Origin: Cetorhinus maximus
Lineage: Eukaryota
Assembly (NCBI RefSeq): GCF_964194155.1
Contig: NC_135906.1
Coordinates: 16,740,001-16,804,000, forward strand
DNA length: 64,000 nt
Direction: 5' to 3'
Below are positions 43,329 through 57,100 of this stretch, piece by piece. Position numbers and translations under genes: made by a program. The notes beneath the pieces are model-generated. The model was not told the origin of the DNA and did not search any database. It saw nothing but the letters and a program-made list of their open reading frames with translations. Position 1 is the stretch's first letter; each line of letters starts with the position of its first letter.

Positions 43329-44188
43329 TAAATAATTTAGTTACATAAATATTTCAGGTTCCACAAACCATTGCCAATCTCCAAATGCTGAGGACCAGTG
43401 CAGTCCAATCTCCTTCTCCCCAGCCCATATAATCATCCCCACAAACAGAAAATAGGAATCTTTAAGTACAAACCTTTGCGCATTGCTTTAAGTATAAATA
43501 CATCATTTTTACACAGTCAGACACCTGGAATGAGAAAGGCTGTAATTCTCCAAAATGCCAAACCCCACCCCTCTTGTATTTGTTCCCCCCCCACCCCCTT
43601 CACTGGAACAAAAGTTTGAATGTAACAAAAAACTGAGCCCAATGGAAGTGAAGAACTTTGTCTCTGACCTGCTCTGTGTTTCTCCACCAAGGCACATTAC
43701 TGACCTTCTCTGTACCAACATGCTGGAGATTATTAAGTGAATGGTAGAAAGGAGGCAAGATTCAGAGAGAGCAGGGGGGGTGGAAATTAGGACTTAGGCA
43801 GGGAGGGAGATGGGGAAGAAATAAACAGCATGAGCACAAGATGGGGGAAGCCAGAGTAACATGAAAGAAGCATTGATGAGAGGAGCTTTACTGTCCAGAA
43901 CTATCTGTAGTTCACCAAAAATGCCCACCCCCCCCCACCATCAACCCCACCCTCGTCCCACACAAAACTTTTATTTGTCTGAACCCAGATTTGGGACTTG
44001 CTCAGTTCTGTGGCTGTGCTAATACCATATGGACTGTCCTGTTATTACAACTCTTTCTGCCGCCCCCCCCCCCCCCCCCAAACTAGCCTGGCTGTCTGGG
44101 TTTTGCGTGCAATTGAGTCCAGCTTTGGTCCTGATTGTCCTGGGACTTTTGGTCTCTTTTGCCCCACCCCTGGCCTGTGCTCGGACAG

Positions 44189-45499
44189 TTACCCGATGCA
44201 GCTGCACTCAGAGGCTGAGAGTTTCTCCACCGTGTGCCAGTGATTGTCAATGTCCAGGAAGGTGACGTCTTTGAACTGGGTGGGGCGACAGCAGGGGTCG
44301 CTGACAATCTTCTCCTGCGACAGGTTGAGGAAGCCCGTTTTACGCAGCAGCAAGGAAAGAGTCAGGTCGTGGTTCGTCCTGGCCATGGGGCAGCTTCCGC
44401 TGCAGTACTTGAAAAGGACAATTTCATCTGAGTCGTAGCCGAGGCCCAGGTCCTGGACACGCAGCTGAAGGGCTCGGAGCCTGCAGTTCCTCTCCTCCCA
44501 TTCCCCACCTTTCCTGGTCACTGACATTTTCCGTTTCCTCCGGGCTCTTCCCGGGTTTGACTGTGGCTCGAGCGACGAGCTGGATGTGGGAAATGGTGAA
44601 ATTGTGAATTCCCCATCCGAGCGGACGTTAGGGACTCTCGCTAGGATGGCCCCTCGCTCTGAAAGACATGGGGGAAAAAAAAAACGTCATTTAATTTTCC
44701 TTTCAACAAACGTGTTAATTAGTTAAAAGCAAAAATACTGCGGACGCTGGACATCTGAAACAAAAATAAAAAATAACTGGAAAAACTCAGCGGGTCTGAC
44801 AGCATCTGCGGAGAGGAATAATGAGTTAGCTTTGTGGGGGTAAACAGGGGGTGTGAGGGATGTGTCTGGGAGAAGCAGTGTTGTCACCAGTTCGGAAGCT
44901 GTCTTATGTGACAACATGAACCTGTTCCCCTCCCCATCGCTGCACACCCCAGCTACAAGGAAGCTCACTGGCGGGGTGGGAGGGGAAGGCAAAGTGTCAG
45001 ATTGGGACACCTGCTGGGATGTCAGTTTTGGCCGTTCATCTCCCGAGATCCCGGACTCTCGCTGTGACCGTTTTCTGACGGGGCCACAGACCCTCAGTCT
45101 GGGGATGTTTTCCCAACCAGTCGTTAAGAGCGGGAACCCTGACCCGAATCCTTCGCGGCCCAGGCAACAAGGCCGATAGTAATGCCCCAAGTAAAGTAAC
45201 TAACTAATTGACCTGCTCCAAGTTAAACGTTACTTGGATGATATTTTGCCAAGATTAACTTTCGGGTGGAGTGAAGTATTTTACAGGTTTGGCAACCTCA
45301 GCAGCTGTCGCTCAGCATTTACTCACAGCTTTCCTGCAAACACAGACTCAGAGAAACAAGCCAACTTTGTGAAGTTAATGTGTCAGAGTGAGGGTGGCCC
45401 TCACTTACCCAGAGGATGCTGATCAGTGTCCAGCGATCCCTTCACTGTCAGATCAACGTGAAAAACGATCAAAATCGCCAGCAGCACCGGGAAGGTCAT
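44189..45499 (-). CDS. PSPN: GDNF-family neurotrophic factor prepropeptide, 186 aa; persephin by synteny with ALKBH7 (sequence also artemin-like)
   Basis: Exon 1 45499-45409 (signal peptide MTFPVLLAILIVFHVDLTVKG, donor G|gtaagt); phase-1 intron; exon 2 44658-44189 (tttcag|). Furin site RARRKR. Seven-Cys cystine knot C..LGLGYDSDEIVLFKYCSGSC..PCCRPT..LSASECSCIG. The family is certain; the paralogue identity is inferred. Confidence 0.85.
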
Positions 45500-46104
45500 C
45501 GTCCAACTGTGTTCACGAGTCCTCCTGCTGAGGTGACTGCGGGGCTGCCGAAATTGTTCACTCCAAAATTCTTTATCAAATTTTAATTTCAGTGATGCTC
45601 CGTTTGCAGTTGCAGGATGTTTGTGATGGAATGAGTGAATTGGAGTATTTAAAGCGAATCCTGAATCCTACATCCTCTCACTGACACATAACGACATTCC
45701 TGGCATGACTAGCCAGTGAGAGCTGCCGGGTATCAGCTGGTCCAAATACCTCAGTGTTGCAGAAACGATGCTGAATGTGAACAAAACTCAGCCCAGCTCT
45801 GAGCTGATGATTCATCAGGTACAGGAGAGCTTTACCTGCAGAGACCAGAAGGGGCAGCACAAAGGGCAGACTGCCTCACATCCTCAAACGGGCTGGGGGG
45901 GGAAGGTGGGGAATAGAATTGTGCTCCCTCCTGTCTGCAAGGAAGTTTAAGAATATCTCAAAGTGTCTCAGCCACGGCTCAATGGGAGAATTCTTGCTTC
46001 TGAAGAGGCATTGTGGGTTCAAGCACCATTCTAGAAAATTCGGCCCATAATCCAAACTAATCCATTATATTTCAGCACTCTTTACAGGACCTGACACATC
46101 CTGA

Positions 46105-46935
46105 AGCAGTCCATGCCTGTATGTATGAAGACATGGACAATATCCAGGCTTGGGCTGACAAGTGGCAAGTAACATTCACGCCACACAAGTGTCAGGCGAT
46201 GACAATCTCCAACAAGAGAGAATCCAACCATCGCCCCCTGATGTTCAATGAATCCTGCACTATCAACATCCTGGGGGTTACCATTGACCAGAAACTGAAC
46301 TGGACTAGCCATATAAATACTGTGGCTACAAGAGCAGGTCAAAGGCTAGGAATCCTGCGGCGATTAACTTACCTCCTGACTCACCAAAGCCTGTCCACCA
46401 TCTACAAGGCACAAGTCAGGATTGTGATGCAATACTCCCCACTTGCCTGGGTGAGTGCAGCTCCCACAACACTCAAGAAGCTCGACACCATCCAGGACAA
46501 AGCAGCCTGTTTGATTGGCACCACATCCACAAACATTCACTCCCTCCACCACCGATGCACAGTAACAGCAGTGAGTGTACCATCTACAAGATGCACTGCA
46601 GGAATTCACCAAGGCTCCTTTGACAGCACCTTCCAAACCCACGACCACGACAATCTAGAAGGACAAAGGCAGCAGATAGGTGGGAACACCACCACCTGCA
46701 AGTTCCCCTCCAAGCCACTCACCATCCTGACTTGGAAATATATCACCGTTCCTTCACTGTCACTGGGTCAAAATCCTGGAACTCCCTCCCTAACAGCACT
46801 GTGGGTGTACCTACACCACATGGACTGCAGCAGTTCAAGAAGGCAGCTCACCACCACCTTCTCAAAGGCAATTAGGGATGGACAATAAATGCTGGCCCAG
46901 CCAGCGAAGCCCACATCCCGTGAATGAATATTTTA
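46105..46935 (+). mobile_element. 3' fragment of the 20213-family LINE
   Basis: ORF 46121-46888 closely matches 21120-21930 (DNIQAWADKWQVTF, YKAQVR); tail cccacatcccgtgaatgaat. Confidence 0.92.
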
Positions 46936-48114
46936 AAAAGCTGTCACGATACTGTGCCCCGCACTCGGCCCCTCACGCGACACTGTGCACGCGATTTAAT
47001 TGCTGGGTTTTCTGAGGAATTTCATTGGCTGAGAAATGATTGGGAGTCCAGAGCAGGTGAAAAGTGCTGCATAAATTGGAATTTCTCTGTGTCCTTCGTC
47101 CCTTGTCTCTGGATCATGTTGGGGCCCCGCTTTCTCAAACATGGATACAACCTGTGAACAAATGACCTAGAGAGAGGGGGTCAGCTATTGAACCACAGGT
47201 AGCATCATAATAAAGACTAATTGTTTTGGTAACTGACGGGCAGCACACACACACCCCCATCACAGGGCAGGAAATATGGGAGCAGATTTCTTGGGATCAC
47301 AGAGGTCAGTGTTTGCCCAGAATGGGAATGAAACCGAGAGACAATTGGTCTGGATGATTCAGTACCACATGGGGAGGTAACATTTCCCCTGAGCTGTGCT
47401 AGATAGAGACTGAGAGAGGGAGGGCGATTTACAGACTCTTGGACAAAGGGGTAGACAGCCACTCATTAGGCAGCTTGAAGAGGATGTTTCCCACATGCAT
47501 CCATCACACACAATGTGCTTTTGATATCTACAATGCTTCGAAATGTTTTGTCAAATTTTCCTGGTGTATTCCTGCAGACTGGGCTCGTAAATCTTTCAGT
47601 GCAATGTCTCTGCTTAATCCCCACACAAATCACCATTTCTGGGTCAGGAAGAATGTTTCCACCTGTGAACTAACCTCACTGAAAGTCAAAGCAAACACAA
47701 CGCAGCATCTGCCTGCCAAAGTAATATAGGAGGGCCCGCAGTGAGCGTGGGGCGTGAGGCGCGGGTCCAGGGTGGGGGTTGGGAGTCCAGGGTGGGGGGG
47801 CCAGGGCAAGAGGAGGGAGCTGGGGCCAGTTGGGGGGGTGAGCCGGGGGGTAGACAGGCCCTTCAGCCCTGAGGTCAACTCCACAAACCAGGATGGAGGG
47901 GAGGTGAGCCGAACCTGACCTCTCAGTCCGGTGGGGGGTGGGGGAGATGGTGAGGAACAGAATCTCTCAGTGGTGGAGCTGCAGCGACCGGTAGGGGGAG
48001 GGAGGGAGGCAGAAAGACGGCCTCAGCTGCATCAGGATGTCAACAGAATCTAACAGTGAATGGTGAGGGAGAGCAGGAAGCAGCTTCTGTCAACCAAGCT
48101 TTAAAATTGCCTCA

Positions 48115-51100
48115 TGAAACTGCCCCCTCCTCATCCCAATCCTGATCGGAAACTGCCCAATCCTCATCCCGATCCTGATCGGAAACTGCCCAATCCTCAT
48201 CCAGATCCTGATCAGAAACTGCCCACTCCTCATCCCGATCCTGATCGGAACTGCACATTCCTCATCCCGATCCCGATTGGAAACTGCCCGCACCTGAATC
48301 TGAACTGAAACTGCCCACTCGTCATCCTGATCCGAAACTCCCCACTCCGCATCCTGATCCAAAATTGCCCATTCCTCACCCCGATCCTGATCGGAAACTG
48401 CCCGCTCCTCATTTTGACCTGAAACTGCCCAATCCTCATCCTGATCCTGATCGGAAACTGCCCAATCCTCATCCCGATCCTGATCGTAAACTAACTGCTC
48501 CTCATCCCGATCCTGATCGGAAACTGCCCGCTCCTCATCCTGAACATGATCTGAAACTGCGCACACCTCATCCCGATCCTGATCGGAAATTGCGCACTCC
48601 TCATCCCGATCCTGATCAGAACTGCACACTCCTCATCCCGATCCTGATTGGAAACTGCCCACTCCTCATCCCGATCCTGATCGGAACTGCACACTCCTCA
48701 TCCCGATCCTGATCGGAACTGCACACTCCTCATCCCGATCCTGATCGGAAACTGCCCAATGCTCATCCCGATCCTGATCGGAAGCTAACTGCTCCTCATC
48801 CTGATCAGAAAATACCCACTCCTGATCCTGATCCAAAGTTGCCCACTCCTCATCCTGATCCGAAATTTCCCGCTCCTCATCCTGATCTGAAACTGCCCGC
48901 TCCTCATCCTGATCCGAAATTTCCCGCTCCTCATCCTGATCCAAAGTTGCCCACTCCTCATCCTGATCCGAAACTGTCCACTGCTCATCCCAATTCTGAT
49001 CGGAAACTGCCCACTCCTCATCCCGATCCTGATCGGAATCTGCCCACTCCTCATCCCGATCCTGATCGGAAACTGCCCACTCCTCATCCCGATCCTGATC
49101 GGAAACTGCCCAATCCTCATCCTGATCCAAAATTTCCCGCTCCTCATCCTGATCCAAAGTTGCCCACTTCTCGTCCTGATCCGAAACGGACCGCTAGTCA
49201 ACCTGATCTGAAACTGACCGCTCCTCATCCTGATCCGAAACTGCCCGCTCCTCATCCTGATCCGAAACTAACCACCCCTCATCCTGATCCGAAACTGACC
49301 GCTCCTCATCCTGATCTGAAACTGACCGCTCCTCATCCTGATCCGAAACTGCCCGCTGCTCATCCTGATCCGAAATTGACCGCTACTCAACCTGATCCGA
49401 AACTGACCGCTCCTCATCCTGATCCGAAACTGACCGCTCCTCATCCTGATCCGAAACTGCCCTTCTCCTCATCCTGATCCGAAACTAACCACCCCTCATC
49501 CTGATCCGAAAATGACTGCTCCTCATCCTGATACGAAACTGACCGCTCCTCATCCTGATCTGAAACTGCCCACTCCTCACCCTGATCCGAAAATGCCCGC
49601 TCCTCATCCTGATCCAAAACTGACCGCTCCTCATCCTGATCCAAAACTAACTACCCCTCATCCTGATCCGAAACTGACCGCTCCTCATCCTGATCGGAAA
49701 CTGACCGCTCCTCATCCTGATCCGAAACTTACCGCTCCTCATCCTGATCTGAAACTGCCCACTCCTCACCCTGATCCAAAAATGCCTGCTCCTCATCCTG
49801 ATCCGAAACTGACCGCTCCTCATCCTGATCCGAAACTAACCACCCCTCATCCTGATCCGAAACTGACCGCTCCTCATCCTGATCCGAAACTAACCACACC
49901 TCATCCTGATCCAAAACTGACCGCTCCCCATCCTGATCCGAAACTGCCCACTCCTCATCCCGATGTGAATCTGCCCACTCCTCATCCTGATGTGAATCTG
50001 CCCACTCCTCAGCCCGATTCCGATCCCAAATTGCCCACTGGTCATCCTGATCCTGACCTGAAACTGCCCACTCCGCATCCTCATCCTGATCTGAACCTGC
50101 CCAATTCACATTCTGATCCAAAATTGCCCACTCATCATCCTGATCCTAAACTGACCGCTCCTCATCCCGATCCGAAATTGCCCGCTCCTCAACCTGATCC
50201 TAAACTGATCGCCCTCAACCTGATCCAAAACTGCCCATTCCTCATCCTGATCTGAAACTGACCGCTCCTCATCCTGATCCTGACCTGAAACTGCCCGCTC
50301 CTCATCCTGATCCAAAACTGCCCACTCCTTATCCTGATCCAAAGTTGCCCGCTCCTCATCCTGATCCAAAACTGACCGCTCCTCATCCCGATCCGAAACT
50401 GCCCGCTCCTCATCCTGATCCAAAACTGCCCACTCCTTATCCTGATCCAAAGTTGCCCGCTCCTCATCCTGATCCAAAACTGACCGCTCCTCATCCCGAT
50501 CCGAAATTGCCCGCTCCTCAACCTGATATTAAACTGATCGCCCTTCAACCTGATCCGAAACTGCCCACTCCACATCCTGATCCGAAACTGCCCACTCCGC
50601 ATCCTGATCCGAAACTGCCCACTCCGCAATCTGATCCGAAACTGTCCCCTCCTCATCCTGATCCAAAACTGCCCACTCCGCATCCTGGTCCAAAACTTCC
50701 CACTCCGCATCCCAATCCTTATCGGAAACTGCCCACTCCTCAGCCCGATCCTAATCGGAATCAGCCCACTCCTCATCGCGATCCTGATCGGAAACTGCCC
50801 ACTCCTCATCCCGATCCTGATTGGAAAATATCCACTCCTCATCCCGATCCTGATCGGAATCTGCCCCCTCCTCATCCCGATCCTGATCGGAATCTGCCCA
50901 CTCCTCATCCCGATCCTGATCGGAAACCGCCCACTCCTCATCCCGATCCTGATCCGAAACTGCCCCCTCCTCATCCCGATCCTGATCGGAAACTGCCCCC
51001 TCCTCATCCCGATCTTGATCGGAAACTGCCCACTCCTCATCCCGATTCTGACCCGAAACTGCCCACTCCTCATCCCGATCCTAATCGGAAACTGCCCACT

Positions 51101-54100
51101 CCTCATCCTGATCCTGATCGGAACTGCACACTCCTCATCCTGATCCTGATCGGAACTGCACACTCCTCATTCCGATCCTGACTGGAAACTGCCCACTCCT
51201 CATCCCGATCTAGATCGGAAACAGCCCCTTCCTCATCCTGATCCAAAACTGCCCGCTCCTCATCCCGATCCTGATCGGAAACTGCCCATTCCACATCCCG
51301 ATCCTGATCGGAAACTGCCCACTCCTCATCCCGATCCTGATGGGAAACAGCCCCCTCCTCATCCTGATCCAAAACTGCCCGCTCCTCATCCCGATCCTGA
51401 TCGGAAACTGCCCATTCCACATCCCGATCCTGATCGGAAACTGCCCACTCCTCATCCCGATCCCGATTGGAAACTGCCCGCACCTGAACCTGAACTGAAA
51501 CTGCCCACTCGTCATCCTGATCCGAAACTCCCCACTCCTCATCCCGATCCTGATCGGAAACTGCCCGCTCCCCATTCTGAGCTGAAACTGCCCAATCCTC
51601 ATCCTGATCTTGATCGGAAACTGCCCAATCCTCATCCCGATCCTGATCGTAAACTAACTGCTCCTCATCCCGATCCTGATCGGAAACTGCCCAATCCTCA
51701 TCCCGATCCTGATCGTAAACTAACTGCTCCTCATCCCGAACCTGATCTGAAACTGCACACACCTCATCCCGATCCTGATCGGAAATTGCGCACTCCTCAT
51801 CCCAATCCTGATCGGAAATTGCGCACTCCTCATCCCAATCCTGATCGGAAACTGCCCGCTCCTCATCCTGATCCAAAGTTGCCCACTCCTCATCCTGATC
51901 CGAAACTGCCCACTGTTCATCCCAATTCTGATCGGAATTTGCCCACTCCTCATCCCGATCCTGATCGGAAACTGCCCAATGCTCATCCCGATCCTGATCG
52001 GAAGCTACTGCTCCTCACCCTGATCAGAAACTACCCACTCCTGATCCTGATCCAAAGTTGCCCACTCCTCATCCTGATCCGAAATTTCCCGCTCCTCATC
52101 CTGATCCTGATCTGAAACTGCCCGCTCCTCATCCTGATCCGAAATTTCCCGCTCCTCATCCTGATCCAAAGTTGCCCACTCCTCATCCTGATCCGAAACT
52201 GCCCACTGCTCATCCCAATTCTGATCGGAAACTGCCCACTCCTCATCCCGATCCTGATCGGAATCTGCCCACTCCTCATCCCGATCCTGATCGGAAACTG
52301 CCCACTCCTCATCCCGATCCTGATCGGAAACTGCCCAATCCTCATCCCGATCCAAAATTTCGCGCTCCTCATCCTGATCCAAAGTTGCCCACTTCTCGTC
52401 CTGATCCGAAACAGACCGCTAGTCAACCTGATCTGAAACTGACCGCTCCTCATCCTGATCCGAAACTGCCCGCTCCTCATCATGTTCCAAAACTGACCGC
52501 TACTCAACCTGATCTGAAACTGACCGCTCCTCATCCTGATCCGAAAATGCCCGCTCCTCATCCTGATCCAAAACTGACCGCTCCTCATCCTGATCCGAAA
52601 CTGCCCTTCTCCTCATCCTGATCCGAAACTAACCACCCCTCATCCTGATCCGAAACTGACCGCTCCTCATCCTGATCCGAAACTGACCGCTCCTCATCCT
52701 GATCTGAAACTGCCCACTCCTCATCCTGATCCGAAACTAACCGCTCCTCATCCTGATCTGAAACTGTCCACTCCTCATCCTGATCCGAAACTGACCGCTC
52801 CTCATCCTGATCTGAAACTGTCCACTCCTCATCCTGATCCGAAAATGCCCGTTCCTCATTCTGATCCGAAACTAACCACCCCTCATCCTGATCCGAAACT
52901 GACCGCTCCCCATCCTGATCTGAAACTGCCCACTCCTCAGCCCGATTCCGATCCCAAATTGCCCACTGGTCATCCTGATCCTGACCTGAAACTGCCCACT
53001 CCTCATCCTGATCCGAAACTGACCGCTCCTCATCCTGATCTGAAACTGTCCACTCCTCACCCTGATCCTGATCTGAAACTGCCCACTCCTCATCCTGATC
53101 CGAAACTGACCGCTCCTCATCCTGATCTGAAACTGTCCACTCCTCACCCTGATCCGAAAATGCCCGTTCCTCATTCTGATCCGAAACTAACCACCCCTCA
53201 TCCTGATCCGAAACTGACCGCTCCTCATCCTGATCCGAAACTGACCGCTCCTCATACTGATCAGAAACTAACCACACCTCATCCTGATCCGAAACTGACC
53301 GATCCCCATCCTGATCTGAAACTGCCCACTCCTCAGCCCGATTCCGATCCCAAATTGCCCACTGGTCATCCTGATCCTGACCTGAAACTGCCCACTCCGC
53401 ATCCTCATCCTGATCTGAACCTGTCCAATTCACATCCTGATCCGAAATTGCCCGCTTCTCAACCTGATCCTAAACTGATCGCCCCTCAACCTGATCCAAA
53501 ACTGCCCATTCCTCATCCTGATCTGAAACTGACCGCTCCTCATCCTGATCCTGACCTGAAACTGCCCGCTCCTCATCCTGATCCAAAACTGCCCACTCCT
53601 CATCCTGATCTAAAGTTGCCCGCTCCTCATCCTGATCCAAAACTGACCGTTCCTCATCCCGATCCGAAATTGCCCGCTCCTCAACCTGATCCTAAACCGA
53701 TCGCCCCTCAACCTGATCCGAAACTGCCCACTCCGCATCCTGGTCCAAAACTGCCCACTCCGCATCTCAATCCTTATCGGAAACTGCCCACTCCTCAGCC
53801 CGATCCTAATCGGAATCTGCCCACTCCTCATCCCGATCCTGATTGGAAACTGTCCACTCCTCATCCCGATCCTGATCAGAAACTGCCCACTTTTCATCCC
53901 GATCCTGATCGGAAGCTACCCACTCCTCATCCCGATCCTGATCGGAATCTGCCCACTCCTCATCCCGATCCTGATCGGAATCAGCCAACTCCTCATCCCG
54001 ATCCTGATCCGAAACTGCCCCCTCCTCATCCCGATCCGGATTGGAAACTGCCCACTCCTCATCCCGATTCTGATCCGAAACTGCCCACTCCTCATCCCGA

Positions 54101-57100
54101 TCCTAATCGGAAACTGCCCACTCCTCATCCTGATCCTGATCCAAAACTACCCACTCCTCATCCCGATCCTGATCGGAAACTGCCCACTCCTCATCCCAAT
54201 TCTGATCCGAAACTGCCCATTCCACATCCCGATCCTGATCAGAAACTGCCCACTCCTCATCCCGATCCAGATTGGAAACTGCCCGCACCTGAACCTGAAC
54301 TGAAACTGCCCACTCGTCATCCTGATCCAAAACTCCCCACTCCGCATCCTGATCCAAAATTGCCCACTCCTCATCCTGATCCTGATCGGAAACTGCCCAA
54401 TCCTCATCCCGATCCTGATCGTAAACTAACCGCTCCTCATCCCGATCCTGATCGGAAACTGCCCGCACTTCATCCCGAACCTGATCTGAAACTGCGCACA
54501 CCTCATCCCGATCTGAAACTGCCCACTCCTCATCCCGATTGGAAACTGCCCACTCCTCATCCTGATCCGAAACTGCCCACTCCTCATCCCAATCGGAAAC
54601 TGCCCACTGCTCATCCCGATTCTGATCGGAAACTGCCCAGTCCTCATCCCGATCCCGATTGGAAACTGCCCGCTCCTGATCCTGAACTGAAACTGCCCAA
54701 TCCTCATCTCGATCCGAAAATGACCACTCCTCAACCTGATCCAAAGCTGCCCGCTCCTCATCCTGATCCAAAACTGCCCAATCCTCATCCTGATCAGAAA
54801 CTGCCCACTCCTCATCCTGATCCAAAACTGACCGCTCCTCATCCTGATCCGAAACTGACCGCTACTCAACCTGATCTGAAACTGACTGCTCCTCATCCTG
54901 ATCCGAAACTGACCGCTACTCAACCTGATCTGAAACTGACCGCTCCTCATCCTGATCCGAAACTGACCGCTCCCCATCCTGATCCAAAACTGCCCATTCC
55001 TCATCCTGATCCGAAACTAACCACCCCCCATCCTGATCAGAAACTGACCGCTCCCCATCCTGATACGAAACTGCCCACTCCTCATCCTGATGTGAATCTG
55101 CCCACTCCTCAGCCCGATTCCGATCCCAAATTGCCCACTGCTCATCCTGATCTTGACCTGAAACCGCCCATTCTGCATCCTCATCCTGATCTGAACCTGC
55201 CCAATTCACACCCTGATCCGAAATTGCCCGCTCGTCATCCTGATCCAAAACTGACCGCTCCTCATCCCGATCCGTAATTGCCCGCCCATCAACCTGATCC
55301 TAAACTGACCGCTCCTCATCCCGATCCGAAATTGCCCGCTCCTCAACCTGATCCTAAACTGATCGCCCCTCAACCTGATCCAAAACTGCCCACTCCGCAT
55401 CCTGATCTGAAACTGCCACCTCCTCATCCTGGTCCAAAACTGCCCACTCCGCATCCTGGTACAAAACTGCCCACTCCGCATCCTGGTACAAAACTGCCCA
55501 CTCCGCATCCCGATCCTTATCGGAAACTGCCCACTCCTCATCCCGATCCTGATCGGAATCGGCCCACTCCTCATCCCGATCCTGATTGGAATCTGCCCAC
55601 TCCTCAACCTAATCTGAAACTGCCAACACCTCATCCCGATCCTGATCGGAATCAGCCAATTCCTCGTCCTGATCCTGATCGGAAACTGTCCACTCTTCGT
55701 CCCGATCCTGATCGGAAACTGCCCACTCCTCATCCCGATCCTGATCGGAAGCTGCCCACTCCTCATCCCGATCCTGATCGGAAACTGCCCACTCCTCATC
55801 CCGATCCTGATCCGAAACTGCCCACTCCTCATTCTGACCTGAAACTGCCCACTTCTCATCCTGATCCTGACCGGACCTGCACACTCCTCATCCCGATCCT
55901 GATCGGAACTGCACACTCCTCATCCCGATCCTGACTGGAAACTGCCCACTCCTCATCCCGATCCTGATCGGAAACAGCCCCCTCCTCATCCTGATCCAAA
56001 ACTGCCCATTCCACATCTCGATCCTGATCAGAAACTGCCCACTCCTCATCCCGGTCCCGATTGGAAACTCCCCGCACCTGAACCTGAACTGAAACTGCCC
56101 ACTCGTCATCCTGATACGAAACTCCCCACTCCGCATCCTGATCCGAAACTGCCCACTCCTCATCCTGATCCAAAATTGCGCACACCTCATCCCGATCCTG
56201 ATTGGAAATTGCGCACTCCTCATCCCAATCCTGATCGGAAACTGCCCGCTCCTCATCATGATCCCGATTGGAAACTGCCCACTCCTCATCCTGATCCGAA
56301 ACTGCCCACTCCTCATCCCAATCCTGATCGTAACTGTACACTCCTCATCCCGATGCTGATCGAAAACTGCCCAATGCTCATCCCGATCCTGATCGCAAGC
56401 TAACTGCTCCTCATCCTGATCCAAAGTTGCCCACTCCCCATCCTGATCCAAAACTGCCCAATCCTCATCCTGATCCAAAACTGCCCACTCCTCATCCTGA
56501 TCCGAAATTTCCTGCTCCTCATCCCGATCCTGATCAGAAACTGCCCACTGCTCATCCCGATTCTGATCGGAAACTGCACACACCTCATCCCGATCCTGAT
56601 CGGAAACTGCCCACTCCTCATCCCGATCCTGATCCGAAACTGCCCACTCCTCATCCCGATCCTGATCGGAAAGTGCCCGCTCCTCATCCGGATCCTGATC
56701 CGAAACTGCCCACTGATCATCCCGATCCTGATCGGAAACTGCCCACTCATCATCCCGATCCTGATCGGAAACTACACACTCCTCATCCCGATCCTGATCA
56801 GAAACTGCCCACTCATCATCCCGATCCTGATCGGAAACTACCCACTCCTCATCCCGATCCTGATCTGAAACTGCCCACTCCTCATCCCGATCCTGATCGG
56901 AAACTGCCCACTCCTCATCCTGATCCGAAACTGCCCCCTCCTCATCCCGATCCTGATCGGAAACTGTGCATTCCTCGTCCCGATCCTGATCGGAAACTGC
57001 CCACTCCTCATCCCGATCCTGATCGGAATCTGCGCACTCCTCATCCCGATCCTGATCGGAATCTGCCCACTCTTCATCCTGATCCAAAGTTGCCCGCTCC

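Noticed and set aside
45646-45654. TATA-like TTTAAATA on the minus strand ~150 nt upstream of the PSPN ATG
   Set aside because: The motif is too short and common to call without TSS data.
45970-46080. tRNA-like A and B boxes
   Set aside because: It is a degraded SINE head with no intact cloverleaf.
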